A DNA stretch of 64,000 nt from Squalus acanthias (lineage: Eukaryota), in NCBI GenBank assembly GCA_030390025.1, contig CM059432.1, positions 143,346,001 through 143,410,000 of the forward strand, in the 5' to 3' direction. The notes beneath the pieces are model-generated. The model was not told the origin of the DNA. It saw only the letters and a list, made by a program, of their open reading frames with translations, and searched no databases. Each line of letters begins with the position of its first letter. Within the stretch, counting starts at the first letter, position 1. The translations under genes and the position numbers were made by a program. Of the stretch, positions 51,086 through 63,881 are shown piece by piece.

Positions 51086-52754
51086 CTGACTGACAAGTAC
51101 ATGCGGGATGTCGGATGGATACAATTGGGCTAAGTTTCGATGTTCTCCACACACCCCCCCCCACCCCCTCAGTTGAATACCCTGTCAACATGGATGCTTT
51201 GTATAACCTCAGCAGTCTTGGGTCACACGTGAAAAATGGTTACTTGGGCAAGTGTATGGAAACTGTTCCATGGCATGAGTCAGTAGCTTCCGGAGAAAGG
51301 GGAAAAAAGAAATGCATTGCTACAAGCACTAGCTGCTTGACGTCCATTTCATGGATGGAAAATGTTACTGGTCTGAGGTCCACGACCTGCTGCTTTGCAC
51401 TTGGGCCTGCAGCAAAGTGTCAGAGGTATAGGGATTTCTCCCTCTCTAGTTCAGGATACGAAAGCTCAAGGATCAAGCGAGATACTGTAGTTATTTTCTA
51501 ACACTGAAGAATTTTATTTGACATTCAGACACAACAGTTTTTAACCAGAAGAAAGTATAGCTTCTGCTACAACCTTTCTAGCGAGCGCAACTTGAGAACA
51601 GAGGAATAATTAAGTCCCTCTCTTGGGAGATAAGAAGGTTCCTCTCCTACGCCGTCTTGTTCCAACGTTGCATGTGTTTCTCCTAACAATCTTTGCAGAA
51701 TGGCTGTTTTTATATCTTTCTCTCCTTCAGGTTTCCTAATGCTATATTTGTGTGCGTTTTCCATTCTAACAGTCCAAGAACTTGCTGCTGTGCAGAACAG
51801 GCTGGTGCTTACGACCGTTTCTCACAGATCAGCAAAGCAGCTGTCCTTTATTATTCTCTGCGTATCTGTCCCTTGTCCTTGCCTACAGGCAAAACAAGAC
51901 AAGTCTTTCCCAAGGCATCATGGATAATAAGCAAAGATCATCATGCACTCTCTGATTTTAGCCAAGCTGACAGTTGTGTGTTCTTTCCTTTACTGTTAAC
52001 CAATTTCTGTTCCCTTAGAATCATAGAATAGTACAGCACAGAAGGAGGCCATTTGGCCCATTGAGTCTTCGGCAGCTCTTTCGAAGAGCAATCCAGTTAG
52101 TCCCACTCCCCTGCTCTCTCCCCATTTTTTCTCCTTCAAGTATTTATTCAATTCCCTTTTGAAGGCTACTACTGAATCTGTATCTACCACCCTATCAGGC
52201 AGTGCATTCCAAATCCTAACCACTCGTTGCATAAAAAAGTTTTTCCTCATGTCGCCTCTGGTTCTTACCAAGTCCATTTTTTTCTTTCTTAAAGCAGGTA
52301 CTGAAAGTCCATATCGAAAACTCCAAAATCCTTTAGAGGAAAGCTATATGATGCAGATCAACGGCAGAAATAATTACAACTGCATCTGAACTTATTGGCT
52401 TTAGCACATGTTCTCCAAAACTTCAATTTCTTTTTAGGATTTCTGGCATTGATGTATGGCTGCCTTCAAGCCAACCATTAGTGGTTTCTCCTGCAGCTCG
52501 GTCTCGCAGTTTAGCCACTAATAACTATTTCTCCAACATCTTTTTTGAAACGCCTTGGTAACCTAGGATACTGATGGACGTCTGTTTGTTTTTTCTTAAT
52601 CGCAGGATGCACTCATTCTGCAGATGAAGGCACAGGAGATTGAAAAAAAGAGCAAATTAACACGCACTGCTTTCAGTAGACTTAAAAAGAAAAATAGGCT
52701 TCTAAGCTCCATTTGAACCCTGCAGATATCTTTCATGAGGGAACACGATTTAAA

Positions 52755-53170
52755 AAAAATCATTCTCAGGATGCGAGCGTCGCTGGCAGAGCCGGCATTT
52801 ATTGCCCATCCCTAGTTGCCCTCGAGAAGGTGATGTTGGGCCGCCTTCTTGAACCGCTGCAGTCCGTGCGGTGAAGGTGCTCCCACAGTGCTGTTAGGTG
52901 AGGAGTTTCAGAATTTTGACCTAGCAACGATGAAGGAAGAGTGATATTTGTCCAAGTCAGGATGGTGTATGACTTGGAGGTGATGGTTTTCCCACGCGCC
53001 TGCTGCCCTCGTCTTTCTAGGTGGTGGAGGTCGCGGGTTTGGGAGGTGCTGTCGAAGAAGCCTTGGCGAGTTTCTGCGGTGCCTCCTGTAGGTAGTGCGC
53101 ACTGCAGCCACGGTACGCCGGTGGTGGAGGGAGTGGATGTTTAAGGTGGTGGATGGGCTGCCGATCGAGC
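52755..53170 (-). mobile_element. CR1-type LINE 3' fragment
   Basis: Same family as 20435-20763. Confidence 0.8.
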
Positions 53171-55169
53171 AGACAATTGAGGAGAGTCAACTAAACAGAC
53201 ATGTCTGACCGATGCTCAGTGAAGTTTCCTTCAGTCAAAGTGAAACTGAACATAAATATGTAGAAAACAAAACAAAAAAAACATATACTTGTACTGAAGA
53301 AAAACTTCTGTTATGACACAGTAACAACAATATAAACTGGTGATAGGAAAAGAGGAAAAGTAACAATCACTGCACTATGCTGCTTCAATATAGCAAAGGA
53401 ATTAAGTGCTAATAGTTTAATTTTGAAAGGCTTGTAAAAGGGATAGACTGCCTGGATCTTAGGTAACTTTTTTTTTTTTAAAAGACATAAGGAAGTTAGG
53501 TGATTTATTTATTTTTAAGTGTGCTGGTAGGACTCCCTCCATCTTTTCCTCCTCTCTGGCCATATACTTTCTGTAGCCAAGGCAGGTGAGGACCTGTGGT
53601 CAGTTGTCCAATGGCATTTCGATCAGTGCAGGAGAAGCTGCACAGAGCAGTCTGGCAGTGACCCTCCCCCTTTGATTTTCATTCCATTCCTTCTGCTGTA
53701 AAGCACCTGGGCCCATACTCGACATTTCTACATAACAGAGTAGCTGAGATCAACAAGTCAGTGAAAAGAGAACCACCGACACAGAGTTTGGGAATCAACC
53801 ACTTCGAACTGAGCACATTTGTAATGTTATTGTTAATTTGTTAAGTGAGCAGAGTTAATTTTCAATAGCCGAGATAGCAAAAATATTGGCAGACGGTACA
53901 TGCAGAACTATTAACACTGCCAAACAGTTCTTCTACCCTGGGGCAAACAGACTATTAATGTATACGAGTCAAACCACAATCAGGCTGCAATTTTAAAGAT
54001 TCTTTCTGAAATGGTTGATTAAGAAAACTGCACAGAACTTGATGTTTAACTATTAATTTAGACAGCCAGTAGAAGCATCCCTGTACCTGTTCAAATTCAG
54101 TTTCACAACATTAAATGGTTGGTATCCAGACATTTCACAAGTGTGTCATTTATCTGCCAGAAAGGTACTTTGCACAAGCTACAGTATTTATCATTCAGTA
54201 CCCCATGTCGTATGGTTCAGCTAAAATTGAAAATCCTAGAGTAGAATCATATCCTGCTGATACAAAAAGTTTGAAATTTAGTCTTAAGTGTTCTTTCAAC
54301 ATACAAAAGAAAGAACACTCCATTCTTGCTGTCAATGATTCCCATTATCTTGTACTGCACATGTTTCGTGCTGAGGTTAGACTGCTGCGGTAATCCCGAG
54401 AAGCTCATGTGAATTAGAACAGCCATTAATAATAATTTGGGGAACCAGAAAAAACACAACAGGCTGTTGGTGCTGGTTTATGGATTATAGCAAATGCATT
54501 CAAGGATCAGGAACGCTATTAGTTAAATTACTGACCTTGCTAAGTCTGCATTCTTCACCCACCGTGAAGTTAGGCTCAGGTACACTACAGGGAGAATTAC
54601 ATTGCAGCAAGAACATTTAAGGTAAGGTGGAAGTCTGCTGCCACCCACTGATGCACGTTCCTCGCTGGAATACAGTCCCACAGGTTCCTGAACTGGCCAT
54701 TCTTCCTGTGTGAGCTTAGACAGTGAGTGGTGCTCTGAAGTGTGAAATTCCAATCTGGTGTTTTGTGCCCAGGGCACATACATCTCTGGTATTTCATAAA
54801 AATATGATTCCTCCCATCAACATTACTTTATACTTCTTAGCCTTCAGCCTCATGAAATAGAGGGATACAACACAAGTCATGGGGATGTATCTTTGCGAGG
54901 AAACTAATTTCATGCAACAGAAATCCATTATGAGATTTCACTGCGAAAATACTTCCTTGACTCAGTCTCGGTAAACATTCCTCACTAAACTGTTCACTGA
55001 AGCAGCCCTGATCATGGCAATCTCTGTTTAGAAGTACTCTCTGGCGGTCCCATTTGCCAGAGGTTGTTTGATTCACATTGGCAGTGCCCAAAGTAATTAA
55101 AAGTCTAATGGGATCTGAGCGTCTTTGTAAACTTTTATAAAGTGCAAACTTAAAAACAAAAAAACTGCA

Positions 55170-55460
55170 AATCTAGAGGCCATAAATATAAGATAGCCAC
55201 CCATAAATCCAATAGGGAACTCAGGAGAAACTTCTTTACCCAGAGAGTGGCGAGAATGTGGAACTCGCTACCACAGGGAGTGGTTGAGGCGAATAGCATA
55301 GATGCATTTAAGGGGAAGCTAGATAAACACATGAGGGAGAAAGAACAGAAGGATATGCTGATAGGGTGAGATGAAGAGGAGTGGGAGGTGGCTCGTGAAG
55401 AGCATAAACGCATAGACCAGTTGGGCCAAAGAGCCTGTTTCTGTGCTGTAAATACGATGT
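55170..55460 (+). mobile_element. CR1 3' end fragment
   Basis: RRNFFTQRVARMWNSLPQGVVEA motif and tail. Confidence 0.85.
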
Positions 55461-55698
55461 AATTCTCGGCTATAAATCATAAATGGAAAAAAAAAAAATC
55501 AGAAACTGCTGGGAACAAACACATGACAGGTCAGTCAGCATCTGTAAAGTGAAAGGACAGGAAATGTCAACAATCTGTCTCCTCTCTTCACAAACACAGA
55601 CTGACCTTGCTGTGCATTTCCAGCATTTCTTGTTTTGATGATTTTTTTTTAATGTAACTGGCCTCAAACAGCAAGAGGGAAAATAAACAAAATCTGAC

Positions 55699-55887
55699 CT
55701 TTTTTCTCGCTGGTGTCCATTTTCTCCACCTTCGGCTCTTCCACGGGTTTCCCGTCATTCTGCACAAACTTGAAAGGTTTGTCAGAAGCAATCATCAGGC
55801 CGGTGCCATCCTGCTCTACAGCTGCATAGTGCGGAGCTAATCTTCCATGCAGAGTTCTGTGCCTTGAAATTTCATATCTGTTGCTGT
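55699..55887 (-). CDS. NUDCD1: NUDCD1 coding exon 5 equivalent, 189 nt
   Basis: (D)SNRYEISRHRTLHGRLAPHYAAVEQDGTGLMIASDKPFKFVQ...SEKK matches human PHYAAIEPDGNGLMIVS; cttgcag|AC and AAAG|gtcaga; phase 1/1. Confidence 0.95.
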
Positions 55888-56714
55888 CTGCAAGCGCACA
55901 AAAATATAAGAGTTTCACTCTTTGGTTTTTTACAGGGCACACGTGAGCAGTTCCATCATCCCCTGTGCACCCAAAGAAATTTCCCCCCCTTTCTCCTCCA
56001 CACAATAACTCATGCAGGCATTTGTTTCCTCAGGCTCCAGCAGCCCTCTGGCTCCTCACCCAAGGGATCATTCTTCACTTGTAATCCCGGAAAATTAGCA
56101 CTGGCAAGCATTGGGAGCGCCACAGCCAACTCCAATTTTATCCTCATTTAACATTCGCATATGTTCAGGGGTCACTTTACTTCAATCAGAAGAGGGGGGG
56201 CCCACTTCATTTCTTCCCCTCCCTAATCCTGGGACACAGGAACCAGCTGTAGCAACTCCGCTGAGGCCCAGATTGAGACCAGCAACTCGGCACAAGCTAG
56301 GGTTGGTTGGTTTGGTTTGGCCATACACCATGTGGGCCAATTACCTACTCAGCTGTCGGGGAGGTTTTGCTCAAAGTGCACTATCGTGACCATTTCAATG
56401 AAGTATTCATCACTCAACATGTCCCTCTTTACAAAGTTACTCGATTAAAGCACAAAACCATTTGTCATCTAGATTTAATATGTCTGACAGCAAGACTTAG
56501 TCAAAGCATACAGTTTGCTCGATATAGTTATTTTAGAGCAGATTGAACGCAGAAGAATCCTTCGCATATTTCCCCATGAAGTTGCTGCAGCACAAGCAAA
56601 ATGAGCAGCATCATTCCCAGGAGTTCACAAACAGCGGCATAAATAAATTATTTCTCTTCCTTTTGCTTCCTTTCCCTCCCCCCAGTATTCTTTCCTTACT
56701 CCTCGCCCAAAGAC

Positions 56715-57110
56715 AACAACTCATGCCTACTTCCACCTCCGTAACATCGCCCATCTCCACCCGCTTCCACCCATCTGCTGCTGAAACGCTCATTGAAGCT
56801 TTTATTACCTCCAGACTCTACTATTCCAATGGTCTCCTGGCCGACCACCCATCTTCCACCCGTTATAAACTCAAACTCATTCCAAACTCTGCTGCCCGTA
56901 TCCTAACTTGCACCAAGTCCCGTTCACTTATCACCCCTGTGCTCGCTGACCTACATTGGCTCCCAGTCCAGCAAAGTCTCGATTTTAAAATTCTCATCCT
57001 CATTTTCAAATCCCTCCATGGCCTCGCCCCTTCCTAGCTCTGTAACCTCCACCAGCCCTACAACCCGGAGAACTCTACGTTCCAACAACTGGCCTCTTCC
57101 ACATCTCCTA
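56715..57110 (+). mobile_element. L2-type LINE ORF2 C-terminal fragment
   Basis: AETLIEAFITSRLYYSNGLLA, NSAARILT and ITPVLADLHWLPV motifs. Confidence 0.9.
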
Positions 57111-58530
57111 CTCGCTTCGCTATTTATCAGGAATTTATATTAAATGAAGGTTAAGGAATAAGATTGCATTGCTGTTAGCGAACCAGCCACTACTCTACTG
57201 ATAGTGTTTTGGAATACTCTATTGCAACCAGTCACTGAAAATTCTATGTGCAAGTTATTCCCTGGGGATACTGCCGCAATGCATCAAAGATTAATATTTA
57301 ATATACAGTTTACTCTTAATTTAGACATAACTTTATTCAAATTGTTTGTTAATTTAAATTGAAATCATGCAATAATGCCTCCCATTGAAAGTCCAGTGCT
57401 TTATTCATACCTCTTAAATTTGAATTATTGTGCAATTTCAAATTCCCATCACAAATGAGTCCCAACCATTAAAATCCACCGCTTCATTCAAATTCAACCC
57501 CTTGGTCAACATCAGGTGCCTAGGTAGGACAGCCCTCCCCTACCTGAGTGCATTGGCAAGTGGAGACAGAGCAGTATCAGAACATACCAGGAGTGCAAGG
57601 CCCCTTGTCACCAAGGGAAAAAGACACAATCAAATGTGTGAAGGTGCGCCTTGGAAAATGAAGAAAGTTGTGCCACAGAAAGTTAACATCCCTCCCACTA
57701 ACCTTTCTATTTTTCCCGTAGTGCTTTGGTGAGCTGCTGCATTCAAATTCTTCAACACACACTACTGGCTAATTTGAATTTTTTTGAAGCGTGAAAATGA
57801 CTTTGAATTAACAGGAGTAGATGGCATACTGGCCGTATAGTTTCCTAGAAACCAGCTGCAAACTATTGCTCGACCTTGTACAATTGTTGGTCCTTCGGCT
57901 TGAATGTCATTAAGCACACTGACACTTAACATCTGTACCAACAGATGCCGGTGGCATATAAACATCTGAAAACTAAATAAATCCAACCCATAAAGTCTCT
58001 ATGTTTAGTACCCTGGAGTCATTTCAAGATACTGATCTAATCATAGGATTTAGACGACTGCTGTAAATCACTCATGTTTTGGTCTTGGATCTTAACACAT
58101 CTGCACACTAATACTAGTCTGCTGACCTGAAATCAATTGCAGATATCTATTATTCTCAATAAACCCCTTTGTGAATCACAAATAATGAGACTAAACTCGA
58201 CCAACAATAGCGAGAAGCAGAAATTCCAATTTCTAAAATTCAGTATGAACTGTATATGGAAATATGAATAAATAATGTATACATCATCATAAATGTGCAG
58301 AATTGTATTATTTGACCCTTGGGTGTTTTGCTAAGAACAGTATTAAACCAGTCATTTTTTCACACCAGTGGCAAAGAGTTTCTAGACATGAATTCATAAT
58401 ATTGTAGCATTGCTCCCAGTACTTTTCATATGTCCTGTCACTCCAGACATTGAATTGTTTTAAATTTGTATTCAGTGACATCTTCCAAGGTGATCTCCAC
58501 AATCATTATCAGAAAGTTTACAGGTTATAA

Positions 58531-58635
58531 CTTAAAATACAAAAACAGAAAATGCTGGAAATACTCAGCAGGTGAGGCAGCCTCTGTGGAGAGAGAGAGA
58601 AACAGAGTTAACCTTTCAGGTCGATGACCTGTCAT
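58531..58635 (-). mobile_element. 5'-truncated Penelope-like terminal repeat with broken hammerhead and 10-bp TSD, next to the exon 4 donor
   Basis: TSD caggttataa at 58521-58530 and 58636-58645; minus strand reads CTGATGACAGGTCATCGACCTGAAAGGTTAACTCTG. Confidence 0.85.
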
Positions 58636-58650
58636 CAGGTTATAAATTAC

Positions 58651-58831
58651 CATTGTTCGCATTCGTGATGGTCAGCCAATCTACGGCTGAGTGGAACCCA
58701 CTTCCTCTGATATTGGATTCATCCTTCTCTGCCTTGAGTAAAACGACATCTATTGAGTGAGCACTTTCTTTTAGATAAGAATGGCTATGGATTATCACAA
58801 AGGGCTCCCCTAGTTCTTGTTGGAACATTAT
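58651..58831 (-). CDS. NUDCD1: NUDCD1 coding exon 4 equivalent, 181 nt
   Basis: IMFQQELGEPFVIIHSHSYLKESAHSIDVVLLKAEKDESNIRGSGFHSAVDWLTITNANN; ctcttgcag|ATA and AATG|gtaatt; phase 0/1. Confidence 0.95.
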
Positions 58832-59839
58832 CTGCAAGAGGAAGAGAATGGTCTGAATATTAGATTTGAGCATTCTCAGGAATTAAAGGGTGCATCATCA
58901 AATGTGCAAAATTCCTGATTTGGAGTTTAAAACTGGGTTGTTCCATAGCAGCTTTCAGATTTTTTTAAATTGACTTTTGTTCATTCCTCCATTTTGATTT
59001 GAAAATGGCAAATTTTTCATAGTAAAATATGAGAATAATCTAGTATAAAAGTTGCTCCAATGTAAAAGTGTCACAATGTTTACACTGGATATAAAGCATC
59101 AAAATATCACTTGCAATAGAACACAAGACATAGCCCGAGATTTGCAATACACAAAAAGTTGCGTGAAGGTGGAATTTATACAGATTTTACTGCACCTTTT
59201 AAACAATCTGCAATAATTTCACATTTTACCCACAAAGTTAAAATCATTCATAAAAGGGTCCAGTAATTTTTAATTGCACAAATCCTAAAAAGTTTTTTTT
59301 CTTAAAGGCAAAATCTCGAAGGATCTTTCAGGCACTGACCTGTGACCCTTTCAGAAGGGCTAAAATACACCAACATAGCTCACCAAGAAGCCACGTTACC
59401 CCTTAAGAATGAAATGTGTGCCTCTGTAGGCTTTTCGGATGCTACACTGTGCAATACAAGAGTAGACTTTTACAAATACCATGCCAACTCGTGGAATGCT
59501 TGGCACTGGCACTTTGCAGTACAAGCCTTAAAAATTCAGATTGCAGGAGGCAGTTCCTTGCATTAATGCTGTGATATGCTTGAGTGGAGCATAAACACCA
59601 GCATAGACTGGTTGGGCTGAATGGCCTGTTTCTGTGCTGTAGATTCTATGTAATTCTATGCCATTTCTGTAGATTGGCAGCAGTTTGACCTTTTGTGTAC
59701 AAAGCAACAAGTTTTCAAAGCCAAGATTGTAAAAAAAAACACCAAAAAAGGCATCAACTGAACTGCATAATTTTTAATAAAAGGACCAAATAAGGGTCAG
59801 CAAGGTAGAGTAAAACATAAACATCCTGCAATAGAATGT

Positions 59840-60720
59840 AATCCAAAATTAAAAATTATGAAGGGTTTTGATGGGAAAGACTATTCACTCTCAGGAAGTA
59901 AATATCAAGGGGTCATCCATTTAAAATTGTCACTAAGAGAGTGAGAAGACTACCGTGCACAGTTCTGGTCGCCATATTATAAAAAGGATATGAAGGTGCA
60001 AGAGAGATTTACACAGATGATACCAGAACTGAGGGGTTAGAACAATCAGGAAAGACTGAACAGGCTGGGGCTTTTTTCTCTAGAAGAGAGAAGTCTAAGG
60101 GGTGACCTGATAGAGGTCTTTAAAATTATGAAGGGGTTTGATAGGGTAGACGTGGAGAAGATGTTTCCACTTGTGGGGGAATTGAAGACTAGGGACCATA
60201 AATGTAAGATAGTCACGAATACATCCGATAGAGAATTCAGGAGAAACTTCTTTACCCAAGGAGTGGCAAGAATGGGGAACTCACTCCCACATGGTAGTTG
60301 AGGCGAATAGCATAGATGCATTTAAGGGGAAGCTAGAAAAGTGCATGAGGGAGGAAGGAATAGAAGGGTATGTTGTTAGGGGGAGATGAAGAGGGGTGGG
60401 AGGAGGCTCGTGTGGAGCAGAAACACCAGCACAGACCAGTTGGGCCGAATGCCCTGTTTATGTACTGTACATTCTATGTAAGAGAGTTTGGGGACTCTTC
60501 TCTACACAGAGTTGTTGGAGTATGGAATGCTTTGCCACAGGAGATTAACTGAGGCGGAGTCCATTGCATCTTTTAAGAGAAGAGTCGAAAAACATTTGAA
60601 GCAGAGGATGATACAGGATTAAGGGATGAGAGTGAGGCAGTGGGATTAGTTTAAGAACTGGCACTGAAACAATGGATCAAATGGTTTCCGTCTGTCCTGA
60701 AAACTTTTAGCATTCTATAG
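59840..60720 (+). mobile_element. Nested CR1 3' fragments (younger copy at about 59950-60478 inside an older one)
   Basis: Two CR1 tails; the older element resumes after ttctatgt at about 60480. Confidence 0.8.
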
Positions 60721-61199
60721 TTTTTATAAAAAATAGATTTGAAAGTTAAAAATAACACATCGTTGTAAAATTGATTTTTTTTTTCGTGAGAAATGATTTG
60801 AGCATGGATGAGGCACTGAGGGAATATCTGCTGTGGATTGGGGAGAGCAGTGAGACAGTAGCAATCAAGACGAGACAGCTGGAATATCTGTTCACAAGTC
60901 ACAATAGCAGCAGCTCATACCATTGTGCAGTGATGAGCTGTTTTATAAAGTTTTGCATGCACAAAGGAATCTTGTTATTGGCCAACACAATGGAGATACA
61001 TAATCCCCACCACCACAGTGCACATCCAACCACAATAAACTACTGGGAGGACAGGACCAAGAGAAAAGACTATGCTCTTTATTCTTTAGCTTTCCTATTA
61101 AGGTCTGAATCAAGTAGGACGCCCCCGCCTCCCGCCCCCCCCCCCCCCCCCCCCCCCCACCCCCCACCGCACCAAAGCAATATTTAGCCAGTTAATGAA

Positions 61200-61353
61200 G
61201 GTTAGAATTCCCACAGGGGTTTTCCCAATCTCCACCGTAACTTTGGTGTAAAATCAGTGGGAAACCCTGGCGAAATGGCGTAAACGGGGTTTCAACTGAT
61301 CTTCCACCCTAGTTACGATAGATTATCAGGGGAACCGCCACGGAATTTCTACC
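61200..61353. mobile_element. Short palindromic (foldback) MITE
   Basis: Ends ggttagaattcc / ggaatttctacc; internal arms cgtaactttggtgtaaaatcagtgggaaaccc / ggggtttcaactgatcttccaccctagttacg. Confidence 0.7.
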
Positions 61354-61610
61354 TCAAGGTATTTGAAGATGTTTTCTTTTGTAAGTTTTTTGTTCGAACA
61401 AATTCAGTGCATAGATTCTTCTTAAAAAGTGCAAGTGTGACGATTTGCACAAACCCTACCATACCGTTAATGCCTTTTATCTCTCCTTTCTCCCGCAATA
61501 GCTGCGAGAGATTGCTATGCTCCCTCTAGAAACAAAACCCAAACCATGATGCAAAATGACAAAAGTGCATAAATATTCATAGCTCACCTGATTAAATAAA
61601 ATTAACTTAC

Positions 61611-61796
61611 CTCCCACTTTTCAATGTTATTTGCTCCACGCTTGCTCGTTCTGAGGAGGTACAGCTTTCCTGTTCCATCGGACAAGGCTGCCCATGTAGG
61701 TGACGTAAAATGCATAGAAGCGCAGACCAAGGTGTCACAAGATTTAATCTCTGCCGACAGCCGGAACACCTCCCTGGGTTTGCTTATTGCAGTATC
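61611..61796 (-). CDS. NUDCD1: NUDCD1 coding exon (human exon 3 equivalent), 186 nt; gene is 5'-incomplete in this window
   Basis: Not in the ORF track. Manual translation [62 protein letters not shown] matches recalled human [14 protein letters not shown]...LSDGTGRLY...SEKWE. Acceptor aag|GAT, donor GAG|gtaagt, phase 0/0. Confidence 0.93.
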
Positions 61797-63140
61797 CTTT
61801 CAATGCAAATATGCATTTTTTAAAGTCAAGTGATCAGTGACGATTGAGTCAATCAAAAATTAACATTTTTAGAAAAAAATTTGCTTAGAAAGTGTATCGA
61901 CTTGGAAAAGGCACATTAAGTTCCTGTGTCGCATTTATGCCCTAAACAGGCATTAGGAACAGTCACTAAGATAAACCGAAGTGCAACAACTATAGTTAGC
62001 AATTTAACAACGGAATTGACAAGCAGCATCAAATCATCACACAGGAACATAGGAATTGCAGGACAAAAAAAGACCAACGTCCATCTAGTTCGCCTTTTAC
62101 CAGCCTGGTAGTCAAATGAGACAACGATAATGGAGTTGTTGACTAATCATAGCAATCAATCTTTATCAATTAGCCTACAACAGACTCAGACATGAAGCAG
62201 GGAAAACCTCCAGTGGTGGAGACTACTTACAAGTAGAATTTGATACATTTAGCAGAACTAGGGTTGCACACCCTCCCAGAGTCTCCAGGAATTAAAGATT
62301 AATCTCCCAGACACTCATAGAAGAAAAATTATAGGGGCATTTCTTCTCTCGTTTCCCTCCAGCCAGACTCAACAACAAACAGCAAGGCCGCAACATGCCC
62401 AGGATGGAAAGTAACCCTGGCGCATGCGCACTCTGGTAAAACCACGCGATGGATAGAGATGTTTCTCGAGCGCAGAGGATTATGGGTATCATAGCTACCA
62501 TTAATAACTGATTATCGAGCATCCAATGGCGGGGCGTGGGAGTGAGTGGTTGGAGGTGCCACAAGTAGGCTGCTTGTGCAGATACTGGCTAGTTGCACTG
62601 CAAAAGCCTTGGACAAGTGGGTCATCCACTTTTTTGGTTGGGAAGTTATGTGGGAAAGTGGAGAATATAAAAAAGGGGAAACTCAAAGTGAGCCATCTCA
62701 GTTATGTTTGTCAATGACTATTACAAAGTTTGATGATTGAAATAATGCAAGTACAAGGTGTGTGTACGATGAAATATTGGGGTTTTGCAGTTAGTTATTC
62801 TTAGTTATAACAATATTACTACCTCAAAGGGGGCAACAAGAGAAAGAGGATGTGGCCCACCTTCAAACTTTATTTAGGCACTGTTCGCACAGTGCAATGT
62901 GCACAGGATAACATTTAGGTTTTTTTTGCGTGATTATATGGACATGGATCTACATAACCTGCACAAGGGCACAAAATTGAGATATATATATACTTTTTTT
63001 TTTTTAAGTTGAAGAAGTGGCACCGCACAACATCCTGCACGATGAAATGCTGGGACATGGGTTTCCACATGCTGAGCTCGTGATCTTGTGTGTGCTGCTG
63101 TGGAGAAGCCCTGAGTGGAAGGACAGGTGGTGAACAGGTA

Positions 63141-63881
63141 GGCCTGGATTTTGCAGTCAGCAGTGAAGTGACGCCGCTCACCGCTGACCTCTAAAGAAAG
63201 TTGCCCACAAACTCTGTGGCGTGAATTTCACATTTCCCGACGTTAATTTCATTCTGCCACTATCTATAGGGGATCTCTGGTGTCCAGCAACAGTAATCTC
63301 ATCAAGCAGGCTAAGCCGCCAAACAAATTGGAGAATTTTCAGATAGCAAACCAGGAAGTAACAAGCAGGTTTTATGATTTACTTTTTATAATTTTACAGA
63401 AAGCGAAATAAAGATATGGACATACACATGGGATTAAGGTAGAAGCTGAAGTATCATAAACAAACTTTTTTTAAAAAGTTAATATTTTAAAAATCTATGG
63501 AATTTTTATCATGGAATGGAGAAATTTGACATTCCACAAATATAAAATTAGTTTTTCAGGGCCAGAGAGGTTGTTCAGCAGTAATTATGACTTAGTACGC
63601 CATTTAAAGCCCAGCTACACCTCATCCAACAAGGCTTAACTTTTTCAAAGGTTTTTACAATGAGAATAGAGTGCAAAAAGTGGAAGTTCACATCAATTCA
63701 GTGATTTCGAATTGATTTCTGTCTGCGAGCGCACCCTGTGGAAAAGCAGGGTATCAGTGACAGCAACTTCTGGATTTCCGCGTTTAACTGCGCACGTGCG
63801 GACTCCAGAAGTTGCTGTCAGTTTTAGTAATGATGCCAACGCTGATAGTCTCGCCGTCATTACAACCGCAAATTCCGGGCC
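63141..63881. mobile_element. Harbinger-like non-autonomous DNA transposon
   Basis: TIRs ggcctggattttgcagt / accgcaaattccgggcc, similar in style to the 16191-17837 ends; no clear TSD. Confidence 0.65.

Noticed and set aside
55495..55640. Additional hammerhead-bearing inverted element
   Set aside because: Resembles two decayed inverted Penelope-like termini, but no CUGANGA/GAAA core remains.
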